Shown here one piece after another: positions 26,501 through 38,500 of a stretch of 64,000 nucleotides of DNA (positions are counted from its first letter, which is position 1; every line of letters begins with the position of its first letter). Source of the DNA: Phoronis australis (lineage: Eukaryota > Animalia > Phoronida). The notes beneath the pieces were generated by a model that had not been told where the DNA came from, searched no databases, and was given only the letters and a program-made list of their open reading frames with translations. A program made the position numbers and the translations under genes. The stretch is from positions 360,503 to 424,502 of the forward strand of contig NMRA01000286.1 of the NCBI GenBank assembly GCA_002633005.1, in the 5' to 3' direction.

Positions 26501-29500
26501 CTGTCACCACCAGTTTTCCCCTTTTAAAATGTAATACACTTATGTTTATATCTTAAACACAGAACCACCCCTAAACAAATTATATCCCAGGGGAATGTTA
26601 GCTAAAGTATTCACTTTGTTTGTATTCTAAACACCATTTGTGTTGACTAACTTCTGAAAGTCTTTTGCTAATTTGTAACCCAAAATCTTTTTTGTCTAGA
26701 TCACCTGGAGGTTTCAGGCATGTGTAGACATCACTGGGGGTACTGTCCTGTCTGTGGTTTTCTGGTTAAGTTTATGTACGTCCTCAAGATGTGTTATTAC
26801 GTGGTGTAGAGAAATGTTGAAATAATGAAAGTAAATTTCCAGGTTCCTGGTGGTACAGCTGGTGTAAAGAAATTGATTTTCAGAGTTGAGCGTGGTTTAT
26901 GAAGTGCATATTGTCTTCTACCAACACTAAAGAATGTTTCCAAATTTCCAGAATGATTGTTATTACCAAGCGCATGCATTGGCTTGCCACTAACACAGTG
27001 AAGGATACAAGTCTCCCACGATTACTAAACCACACCTTCGTCTTTTACAGGCCCACATGCCAAACAAATCAATGGACACTCGATAAGACACGAGCGGCCA
27101 ACACGTGACCGCGGACATGGCTATGAGACGGCATCGTCGTTCATGTCGAGTGACATCGACTCCACGAGCTACTTCGACTCGGAGGACGATAATGCCAGCA
27201 GGTAGATAGCTTGCATTTGTTTCTACAGCCTGTGCTTTTGTGTTCTAGCGCCCCCTCACAGAGTGAACGGACACTCGTCCGGCCGTAGCGGCTTCACTAA
27301 CTCATCATCCGTGTACAGTAGTGACATCTGCTCAACAACGAGCTACTCAGATTCGGAGAATGATGCCGCGTCGAGGTTTGTTCGTTAGCAACTTATAATC
27401 GACTTATGCACTGTGAATACATTTTCACAATTTGCATCATTAATTTCCTTAATCACTTCATTTAGGATTTTTGCTTTTGTTATGTTGGAAATTTTTGTCA
27501 ACTTGGTCACACAAAATGTTCCAAAATGTTTATAATTTTGTGAGGGTTATCAAGTGTTTGAGAACGACCAGGCCTGCCCATTCAGTTGACGAGTTGTGAT
27601 GGGGGGATGCACTAAACACTGGCTACAAGTTCAACCAAGTACTCTGTGTATAACCTATGCTGACCTCAGTATGTGCAACTGCCACTCTGCACTGGGACAA
27701 GTGTTATTTTGCTACTCATGTGTAGTAAAGTGCTATTTTTTTGAAGAAGGGATACAATGTTTGCCTGAGGCCCAAATTATATGTCATTTGACACAACTGA
27801 GCTAAAGAAGAGGCGTGTTGTTCATAAGTTTGTTTCCGTGGATACAATTTTGATGAACTGCAAGAAATAAAACTAAAGGAATAAAAAACAATAAGCTCAT
27901 TTCGTGCTTGTTTTCCTGTATTTTCTGAAAGTACCGCCAGATTCGTCTCAGTTTTTCACGTGTGTCATTCTGTGCTAGTGCAATGATTTTTGGCCTGTTT
28001 TCACTGCCCTAAAGAAATTGAAACCCAAAAATTTTGTAAGGTGTGTCCAATGGAACGGAGTGATTGGAAATATAGGGCAAACACTGTAGGATGCACGTTT
28101 TTACTGTTTTGAACAAGGAACTTTGAACTCACACAAGCCTAAGTCAAGTGCAAATGGAGAACTCCAAATTAAATAAATCAATTTAGCTGTAGTGAATGTT
28201 CCCATCGAGTGAATTAACTCTATTCCATCTATGGTACTGTCATGTATAATTAGAACTGTTAACTGGCTGTCAAAAACAACAAAGACGATGGATCGCCACC
28301 CCAAAACATGAAGCTGAGTAATGGTTTTCAAAGGTGGCGCTGCGTGTTGCTGTTGTCCGTATAACGTGTGAATTGTCGTCGTACATGAGGTTTGCTAGCA
28401 CGGCTGTAAAGTTATTTTGAATAGAAATGTTTCTGTATCAAGCTGCAAGTATTCATGGAACTGTCTACTTAGGATCCCTAATTATCACAACTAATTAATA
28501 ATGACCTCATTTGTCGATGACTGAAATTTGTTCTGGTGGAAGGACTACAGTTCTACACATTTTGTGTCGTTCTTTGACTAAAAGGATTACAACTTGCATT
28601 TTCGTTTAATGGTGCTCTGCATTTGTGTTGATTCAATTATCTTGCAGTAACCACCGTAATTCAATTATTGGCCATCTTTGGAGTAGTTTTGCAAAAATCC
28701 CCTCCGGCTAGATTTCGCTAATGAATTTTTATGGTAAAACGTCTCACTGAGGCTTCCTGCAATGTCATTGACCCATCTGCACTTTGTCGTGCTTCTGTTT
28801 TGGTAGTCAGACCCAAGTTGTACAAGAAGCATGCTAGAAGCTGCTTTAATGATATTCTGGCCAATACTGAGATTGGGTCATTTACTGACTAGTTGAGATG
28901 CATTCTAAGCTTAATGCATGGGTTTATAGCTTTAATCATCCTTTAATGTCTTCATTATGATCAGTATGGCTATAATTCCTGTGTTTATGAGCCACTGGTT
29001 TACTCACACTGTGATGTTAAAAGACTTGCCCAATGTTTTATGCTAAATTTTGAAGCATTTTATCCTGTAGAACCAGGTGACATGTACCTGCCAACAGCCA
29101 ATACGTTGTATTTTAACCAACAAAGTCACCTCTTTTTCTGAGCTCTTGCGTTGGTTTTGTGGAAACGATTAACGGAATTAACATGAACAAATGGCGCGTC
29201 TGAATCCTTCCAGAGAAATGTTTGCCGTGGAGTATCTGGAAGAACTGGCCTGGTGTAAGATATTAATGGTTCTTGTTAACTTTCCAGTGGTTATGTTTTG
29301 TTATGTTACCACTAACTTTTTTATGAAAAGTGGACTGGCATACGTAGAGTGAGTGATAGGAGAAACCAGGCAGAAATAGTATCCATGGAGATTGTAATTT
29401 ATCCTGTGGTCAATTATATTATGTGACCATTAAGTGTTTACTAGTTTTAGTTGAGAAATAATTGATAGGTACTTTTTGTTGACCACTGCCTTCTTTTTCA

Positions 29501-32500
29501 AGTCTCTGACACCTGATTAATTTTAACTCAATGTTTTCTGCAAGATTGACACGTTTGGCTGACCCCAACAAATTATAGCTATTAATTTCCCAAGCTAGTT
29601 CAGTAAAGATTTATAATTTTTCTGGCATCTGGCAGAAAGATTGTTTCTTCACAATATGCATTATTGATTCTTTAGACCTGTGAAATTTACTGGCTGATGA
29701 CTTCATAAAATCATACTTTTCCCTTCTCCTTGATGAATGTGGGTGTTATAGTTACATGCAACCAACCTTCAGTCAAGTTATACCACTTACTAGTAAAAAA
29801 CTTACTCCAACTTTTTCTTGCTCAGATGGAGCTGAATTTCTTGGCTTGCGAAAAATTGACAGTTCTTATTGCAAATCTCAAACAAGAACTAACCGTCAAT
29901 TTTTCCCAAGCTCGGAAATCGCCCAAAATCTAAATAAAGAACAAGTTGGGGTTAACTTTATAAAGGTAAGTGGTCCAAGTCAAAAGATATTTTTGAGGAG
30001 AGGCAGATTTACGGCAGCTTTGATCGGCTTTCAAATGCTCTGCATTTGTTTACACTTGAGTGTCAGGTTCATGATCCTGCTCCTTGCTACTGCTGCTTTT
30101 TCAATAATCCTATTTGTTTAATTGGCTTAGAGTCATTGTGAAAATATACTAGCAGTCTTGACAAGCCTTGCCAACAGTTTTAATTACCCTACTCCTCTCA
30201 TTTTGGTCTGCAAGACTGGCCAGTGGTTTACATTGTTTCGTAGAATCAGCGGGCTGTTTACACCGGGTAGCTCGCTTGATTTATTTATTTTTTTCATGTA
30301 GCCATTGTTTATTTGATGTAAACCAGTACAAATTGATAAAAAATGAAGCATCACTAGGGCAGACTAGGTTTTAGGTATTTCTTGGTATAAAGGTTATTCA
30401 GTTTAAGTGCTCATCACACCACAAAGACATCCGTTGAATAGTTAATGACTTTGTGGTACAACTTTCTTCATTAAACACCCTCTCTTCTCATTGGTTCTTG
30501 TCTGTGCATTTGAAAATTGGCCTGGAGGACAGAAAATAAATGATTATCTCTAAACTCGAGGAAATATTTTTGTTGAAAAACCACCTCGGAATGGTCTTAA
30601 AAAATCATTTTTATGTTATGGTTGGTATATTGAGTTTATCAGCAGTTCTATGTTTAAGAAACGTTTTCAATAAGAATAAAATCCTTTTTAGTGAAATAAG
30701 AAACGTTTTCAATAAGAATAAAATCCTTTTTAGTGAAATGGTTTTTGATTGGTCAGTGGTAAACCAGTACAATTTGTGCTTACAGATTCTCTACGGAGAC
30801 AGGCACCACAAGTAGGTCATCCAAATATGGTCGGCACAGGCGGAGACGGCGGAGACATCGACTGCCCCCTATCAGCAGAGTGAGTAGTATTGAGGTCTTG
30901 TTGTTACACGGTTGCTATGGGAGTGACCGCTTGTTTAATACTACAAATGCAGCCTGAAATATGATGAAATCTCAATGAGTTTGCCGTCAGTGCTAAATGT
31001 ATGCTTTTTCGTGTTTAAGTTTTGTACCAAGTTCACTTCCCAGACAATTGAGAAAAATTGTGGGCATTCACGTCAGAAACCTATGAAAAATTTAAGAAGG
31101 GCAATTTTGGCAATTATTTGGTGAGATTTTATCACAGGTAAAACTTGTCACCCCTGGCCACTTTAATTCTAAATACAACAATGTCACTCCGCGATGCTGC
31201 CAAATATCAAGATGCAATGTATATGTAGGGCACTACAATGTTTATCATTCCTATACATGTAAATAAATTGAATGCGCATTCTAACACTAATAAAGTTTTA
31301 CTATTGCTATATCATTTGCATTGCTTACTCCTAGACATGATGCTTCTCCCGATTTATCACATAAGTGTGAAAACTAAGTTAATCAGATAACACGTTTTCT
31401 ACCTTTGCGAGATTGGAGTGTTGAATTCATTATGCTGTTGTTGACATTCACCCACGTGTTAAGGAGAAACGCATAAAAACGTGTGGACTTGTGTGAACAT
31501 TTTTTCGCGCAGGGTTTGGTGAATTTTATAACCTTTTCTCTTTCTCTATACTGGTGTAATCTTGTCCATTTATGGTTGGAAGTGCAGAGTTTGATTGGAT
31601 GAAAGTTGCTGAATGGGATGCCTGAAATGCGTGCTGCTTTCACTGTTTGGCGTTTCTTTCATTCGTTTGGAATTCAACATTTGATGTTATTGGTCGATTA
31701 AGAGTAGCTGTGGACATTGGGTTAAATGTGTCCAGGAGCTACGTTCAGAATATGAGGAATTCAGGTAGTTGTTACACCTGTTGCATGCTACCTGGTTAAT
31801 GACTGTATCAGAACCTGCAGCTTGTGCAGTTCTTTGATTATCCTCATTAGTCACTCCTGTCTGGGGTCACGACCTCCCACCCTATGGCTCCAGGGGGGTA
31901 ATTTGCAGTCTCTAGCAGTTTGCTTCAATAACCAGTTGAGAATCTACTTGAGGTAGACTAATGAGGTGTAAACGTCGTGCCACAAAGATTTTGTTTTCTT
32001 TCTTGACATCAGCTGTGGTTAAATTCTGGTGTTTTGGTTATATTGTGAAACAGAAATCTTATAGCTGCTATAAACTGATTTCTGGTGTTAAAACATTTTT
32101 CACAGGCGTCTTATCTCCTCTAAAGCAAAGTCAATGCGTTCTTGTCCTTCATTTTAATACAATAAGTCATCTGGAATTCCCCTGCCAGCCATAATGCATA
32201 AGCAAGTGAAACTAACCCACTGTCACAAGTAAGTTCATGGCCAATTTTGTAACAATAAATGGCTTAATACCAAGCTTAAGTTTCAACAGAAGGCGCGAGT
32301 CTATTGCCCCTTTAACTGACTCAAATTTTTGCAAGAATTCTGCCTAAAAGTTAAATAAAACCGCTTTATGGTGATGTGTTATATCACTTGTGTTTATTTC
32401 TGTATTCTGCATTCTGGTAAGACGCTTTGAGCGGTTGGCCATTGCATTACAGCTTAACATTTCTGTCGTGTGAGGGTAGTTGAATTTCATTTTTCGCTGG

Positions 32501-35500
32501 CACTCTAGTATTCTAAGTTGTAATGACTGCTTTTACAATTCAAAACGCAGACATACCCTTTAGCTGTGTCTTAGAGAGGTGTTTCAGGTGCTCCTTAGTG
32601 TTGGGTTACTCTAAATTCCCACCAACTAATATGGATGTTTGCAAAATATGTGATCCCTTCCCAAATCCTAATTGTGTTTGTGACAGTTGAAGTATCAACT
32701 GTCATTAGCCATCATTTAAGGCCTCTCTGTCTCCATTCATGTCTGCACATTATCAGTTGTACATACAGGTGAGCTGTAATCACATTTGGTATGGTGGTGA
32801 CACTCGTCTGTCGGGTGATTGGTCTGACGTCTTTGCCGCACGCCGGCACCTCTAACCACCAGCTAAATGCCATTGTCATCTTATTAAGACATCAAAACTG
32901 ACACAGACACCTCTCCTACATCCTGTTGCTGATGTGGTGCATAAGGAAAGGTGCTGTTATCATGTTAGTCACACCTTTGTCTGGTTCCGGTGATGAAGTA
33001 AATGTGTTGTAAGGTTCACACAACAAATTGCTCCTTTTTTGAATGGTTGCTGAAAAATATTGTCCTGTTGGGAATTCTGCTAGATGCGTCCGCCCTGTGT
33101 GCTTAATTCCGCGCATGGCATGCGAGGAAAGGTTGCCAGCAGAGAAGAAATTACCAAGACCTGGAGCTCTCTGTGTATCGGCTTTTTTGTTTAGAGTGGC
33201 ACTGTGTACACCATTGGAGACTGAAGCTTCAATTTAGAAGATTGTGCCTGCTGCTCTAACAAGGAAATCAATCCTGTCTACACAGGGACTGTGGAGCTTG
33301 GTGTTTGGAGCCTGAGACTACAAGTAATTGGTGGCCTACCTGTTTTTTGAGTAAACCAACCCCTCTCACACTCCTTTCCATGTTTGGCTACTTGAGATGT
33401 TTACATTGATACAGTGCACAAAGTTTGTTAAAGGATTTAGCTAGTCACATCTAGTGAGGATGCTGGAACTAGAGGTCTAGCAGGGGATTTTGAGTTTCAG
33501 ACCAGGTTGGTTCAGTCTGTTCCAGATTACGCTGAAAGGATATTGGAACTCGTTGTGGGGAAGTGCGCTTACACGCAATAAAAGTGTTTCACGGCTTCGT
33601 GGAAAATCTTACATATGTAAGTGGAAATCTCGCAGTGATTTGCTGAAACTCTGTGAATCTCAGAAAAAGGACTGTTTACCAGTGGATCATGAGACAGTCT
33701 GGCATGGAATAGTGTTTGATGGGGGATTTTTGGACACAAAGAAAAATGAGGCAGCTGAATTATTGTCAGGGTTCAGGTCTTACAGACAGTACCATCAGTT
33801 TAGTAAGTAATGTTTTCTGAGTCCGACTGTTCTTCCTTGTTCTATCTGTTTTACCACCTGTTGGCTTTTGCAGTGATTCCTCAACATCGTTTGCACCACT
33901 CATCAGTGTGGATGGCTATTTAAAAATTCAAAATTCCTTTGAATCTTTTTACTAGCAATTTCTCAAATGGTATAACTTTTTTGCAGCAAATTTTCCAAGG
34001 TTTATGTCACAGTGCCTTAAATCCTTACTTACAAATCTCCTTAGCACATGTATTCATCTTTTCCTAATGTGATGTCAGAGGTTCAGCTGGCATTTTGACA
34101 CTTCCTGTCCAGTTGCCAACATTGTCAAAATTAGGTCAACTTGTTTTGGTACCATTGTGTACCTGATGGAGATTTGACACTGGGATGAAAGGTGTCTACT
34201 TACCTAGTGGGTTAACACTCTTCTTTATCTTGGTGTTAAATCTGTGCAGAGCTGTGAGGGATTTTCCATTGTGACTTGTGGTAGTGACAATAATGTTGCT
34301 TGCCTTTGAATGAGGTAATAAACATTTGTTGCAGTTTTGGATTGACTGCTTATGCCTGTGTATTTCCTGACTGTTGGTCCTGTCAGGTTATGTTGTTATG
34401 GACATCTAAGCCCTCTTCAGCACCATCCATCCCTTTTCAAGAGTCATTCAGTAGTAATTGGTTCTGACACCTGGTCAAAAGGTAGGGTGAGATTTGTTTA
34501 TAGTTGTGGTAATTAGAGACTTTGCCCTGATACTCAGTTTGACTGGCATACTGGGGATTGGCGACTGGGAAGGAAGGATGCAATGTGTTGCCAACAGTCA
34601 AATAGGATGGATGTTGGATATTTTTGGAGAATTTTGACTAGGATTTTCATGTAAGTCATACCTAGTAAAGTTTGGCACATTATGATAGTAAAGGAATGGT
34701 GCATGGGAATCCTTTTTTAGTTAGAATTACTCTCTGCATCTGACCTCATCTGCCTTAAATCAGTTCTTTTTCAACAGTTCTGGTTCATATCCTGCGCCGA
34801 TATTTTATCTGTTAATTGAATTAGGGTATCAAAATAGCCTTGCACTCAACAATCGATGTGATCTCAATGTTACAACGGAACTTGTTATTTCGTCTCACTG
34901 CTTATTTATAACTTGAAGCATTGTTTTCCATACAACGCATACATCCTTTTGGTCTCATTTTATGTCACTAATGACTACTCCTGTGTTTTCCTTAGTGGAT
35001 AGTCTCACGTGTCGTCTCTATTCCAGAAGCGCTTTTAGCTTAGCATGTAGGTAATGGGTGGTACTGTGCTATTGACGTTTTAGTTAGCTATAATTGTTGT
35101 TTTCTCACATCTTTCGTACAGTGAAATCCTTTCTAAGTTTTTGGTTGTCAAAAAAATCTGTATCGTGATATGCAAGGTTTGTAAGCGGACACTGTGATCA
35201 AATTTTCCTTTGGCGTCATGTGTTATTTTGCATCGCTGTTGCTGCATTCTTCTTGTCAAAATAGTCTCAGTTCCCAATATTCATTCAAATCCCCTGCCTT
35301 TGTTCCCCTACTAAGCTGATAAAAGGTCAAGTTGTGAATGCATTCTTTTGCACCATGATCTTGACTAATTTGCACCTTTGATGTGCGTCCAGGTGTTTCT
35401 AATTTCCATCCTTAGTATCAGGTTTGCCCACTGTGGTACAGATCTGATACTTTTTCCAGGACAGTGTACTGTTCAGCTCAGTTTTTCATGGGTTATTAAT

Positions 35501-38500
35501 TGACCTGCTGTTGTTCAGCATGTCTGTCCTTGGTGGTGGTACTAAATACCTAATGTTTTGGTGAACAATAGGATTGTGATCTAGTTTCATAGTGATCAGT
35601 GTTTACCTGTGGTCGGGTTTCAACCATAGGCAGGGATCTTAGGTAGAAACATGCAGTGTCAATCTGGTGTTATCTGTTGAATAGATGGAAGATGTGAAGT
35701 TGATGGTTTCTAATGTCGCACAGTCTGTTCCAAGTATGTATTTGCTTTTGTGTTGTACCCTGACTGTCCAGTCTGTAGTCGGTGGTCACAGCCATGTGTT
35801 TTACTTGTCTTGTTTCCAACCATGTTGCCTTTGACTTGAACTAATGGTGTTCTACATTCTTAGTGAGATATGTCTGTGTGTGGGAGGGTTATGTGTATTT
35901 GGGGGGCCTATGTGTGTGTGTATGCATTTGTGTGACTGAATGATAACCATAAGAATTTCACCTTCTTCGAGCCTAGTTGGTGTTAAACAATTAATCTGCC
36001 GGGGTCTGGTGGCTTTACGCGTTACGCTGTATGTACCAACAATGGCTGGATACTGGTAAGGTCAAGGGCCATAGTTCAAGGAGTTCATGATAGTCTCTGG
36101 TATGTATTAATCCAGGATCGTTATTTTTTACAGGCCTCGTCGTTCAGTAGTATCACAGACTCGACCATGTCGCTCAACATTATCACAGTCACACTGAACA
36201 TGGGTAGGTGTCAGCAGTAATGCCCAGAGTTTTTTCAAAGTGTCTACTGTTGTTTAGGCAACCCTGTAATCTGTTGAGAGTGAAGGCAACTGCATCAGAC
36301 CCCATGCTCCAGTAAATTAATAGTTGTAATTTGGCCAACCCTGTAATCTGTTCTGGCTGGAGACAGTGGTGTGGTTGATATATGGCGTATAAACATAAAT
36401 AGCGCCATGATGACCACAATAAACACCTTCAATCATCTTAGTCTGCTAAAGACTGACTCTTTTTGATTTCATTTAGTTATGTGGTATGCAAGAAAACACA
36501 TTATTTAGTTTTGTGACAGAATGTAGTGTAATCTTAAGCAAACCTGTGTTTGGTGGAGAATGTTAAGTTGTGCATTGTGTGTTATTCCAGACAAGGTCAA
36601 CTTCCTTGGAATCAGCATAGTGGGGCAAAGCAATAAGGGCGGTGATGGTGGTATCTATGTGGGCTCTATAATGAAAGGGTAAGTAGACAGCACTGTGTCT
36701 TTTCAGCTGTACAAGTCGATATTCTACATAGATGTGGTGTGCTGTATGTGAAATCTTATGCACGTTATGAGGTCACAAGTTAAACCAACGAGTTGATGCT
36801 TTTTGAAATGAATTGTATATTTTACGATCTACTCACTAGATTGTTTCATTGGTGAGAGATGGTGCGTTGAATCTCAGTCGTTAGTTGTAGCTGAAGTAGT
36901 GTTTACTGTGAAGCCCACCAATGTTATGGTGCTTCTTACCTGTCAACATGTCTCTTGCACTGCCCCAATAAGACTGTGCTTCTTGCAATGTGCTGTGATC
37001 TCCCCTTTTTCAGTGGTGCTGTTGCCCAAGATGGTCGCATTGAGCCTGGCGACATGATACTGGAGGTGAATGGTGTCAGCTTTGAGAACATGAGTAACGA
37101 TGACGCAGTGCGTGCATTGAGGGAAGCTGTGCAAAAACCAGGGTAGGACAATTTAAGCTTTTGTTGACAGTTGGTTCAGTTTTACGGCCATATTCTGAAG
37201 TACTCAACTTAAATGGTACAACAAAGGATCCGTTAGCATCCTGAGTGTCTATCCTTGAAGACCCTGCATTGAGTCTTAATTTCCCAGTGTCTCATTGGTT
37301 GTTATGTCTTAGTGTAAGAATTATTAGTCCTTGTTTGGCAGCTTAACAGTTTGAGGATATAAAGTTCTTTGTTAATTTGCATAACTGTTACATGTTCTAC
37401 CAAAGGTGCACCCAAGATGTTGTTCCTTGGCCAGAGCCCTCAAGTTAGCGTCATGTTGACCTATTGACCTATTGACCTATTGATCTGATGATCTCTCATC
37501 TCTTCCAGGCCCATCACATTGGTCGTGGCAAAGTGCTGGGATCCCAACCCCAAGGGCTACTTCACAATTCCTCGGCAGGAGCCGGTGCGACCCATCGACC
37601 CGTCGGCATGGGTGGCGCATACAGCGGCGATGCGGGGTGACTACCCCCGCGGGCCGGGCTCAGTCAGCACGGTGACAACTAGCACAGACTTGACAAGCTC
37701 ACTTGGGGACCCTGAAAGTAAGTAACATGGTAAATTGTTGTGTTATTAAGCATGGATTTTGTTTTGTATATTTACATTAAATCATCTTCCCTTTAGAACG
37801 CAATATGGTGAAACTTTGATGTTCTACTGAGTCAAATTTCTCATCAAAACTAAATGCGACAAAAATGTTATTGCATTGTTTAGTACAGTTCGTATTGTGC
37901 AGCTGTTGTAATTGGCCATTTGTAACTTTTGAGCATTTTAAAGCTATATTGAGTGCTGCTTTAGCCAGTCCAAAATGGCTAATATCAAAGAAAGATGAAA
38001 TAATACTGAAGTAGTTTATTAAGTCAAACATGAGGCGTATGAGCTCCATTTCGACCACAGTATAACCACAGGAAACCAAAAGACTTGATAACTTGTCTTA
38101 TTGCAAAACTCGATTTTTTTGTGACCATGACAAAATTAAATGAAAACAATAAACCATGCCTTTGTATCATATAGTAACAACTGTATTACCAAAGCAGTGC
38201 ACGATATACCTTTAACAATGCAAAATTGGAAATTGACAATTTCATCTGCAGTTGTTCTTGTTAGAATACGAAGAACCTTAACTTCACTTTGTGTATAGCT
38301 TGGGACAAAGAATGCTAATGCTGCAGATTCTTGAACGTGCAGTCCTACAGAAGTTGATAAAATGGCAATTCTTGTTTAAAAGACATTAGAAATTTAACTC
38401 CTCGTCCAGGCAGTAGGCTTCAGCATTTAACCTTTTTTTCTGTTCACCTGACCATGTTAATCAACTCAAATTGGAATAACCATTGATTTGCATTACTTAT

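Noticed and set aside
27221-27248. Upstream alternative acceptor ttctacag (27228) for exon B
   Set aside because: Using it gives an in-frame TAG within 7 codons; only the 27248 acceptor keeps the homologous frame.
28385-28395. ATGAG|gtttgc as a minimal first exon in phase with exon 30786
   Set aside because: Only five coding nucleotides and a weak donor; cannot be distinguished from chance.
29191-29254. ATG-led peptide [21 protein letters not shown] before a gtaaga donor
   Set aside because: The donor is in phase 1 but the next Dvl exon (30786) needs phase 2; the nearby phase-2 GT would create TGA.
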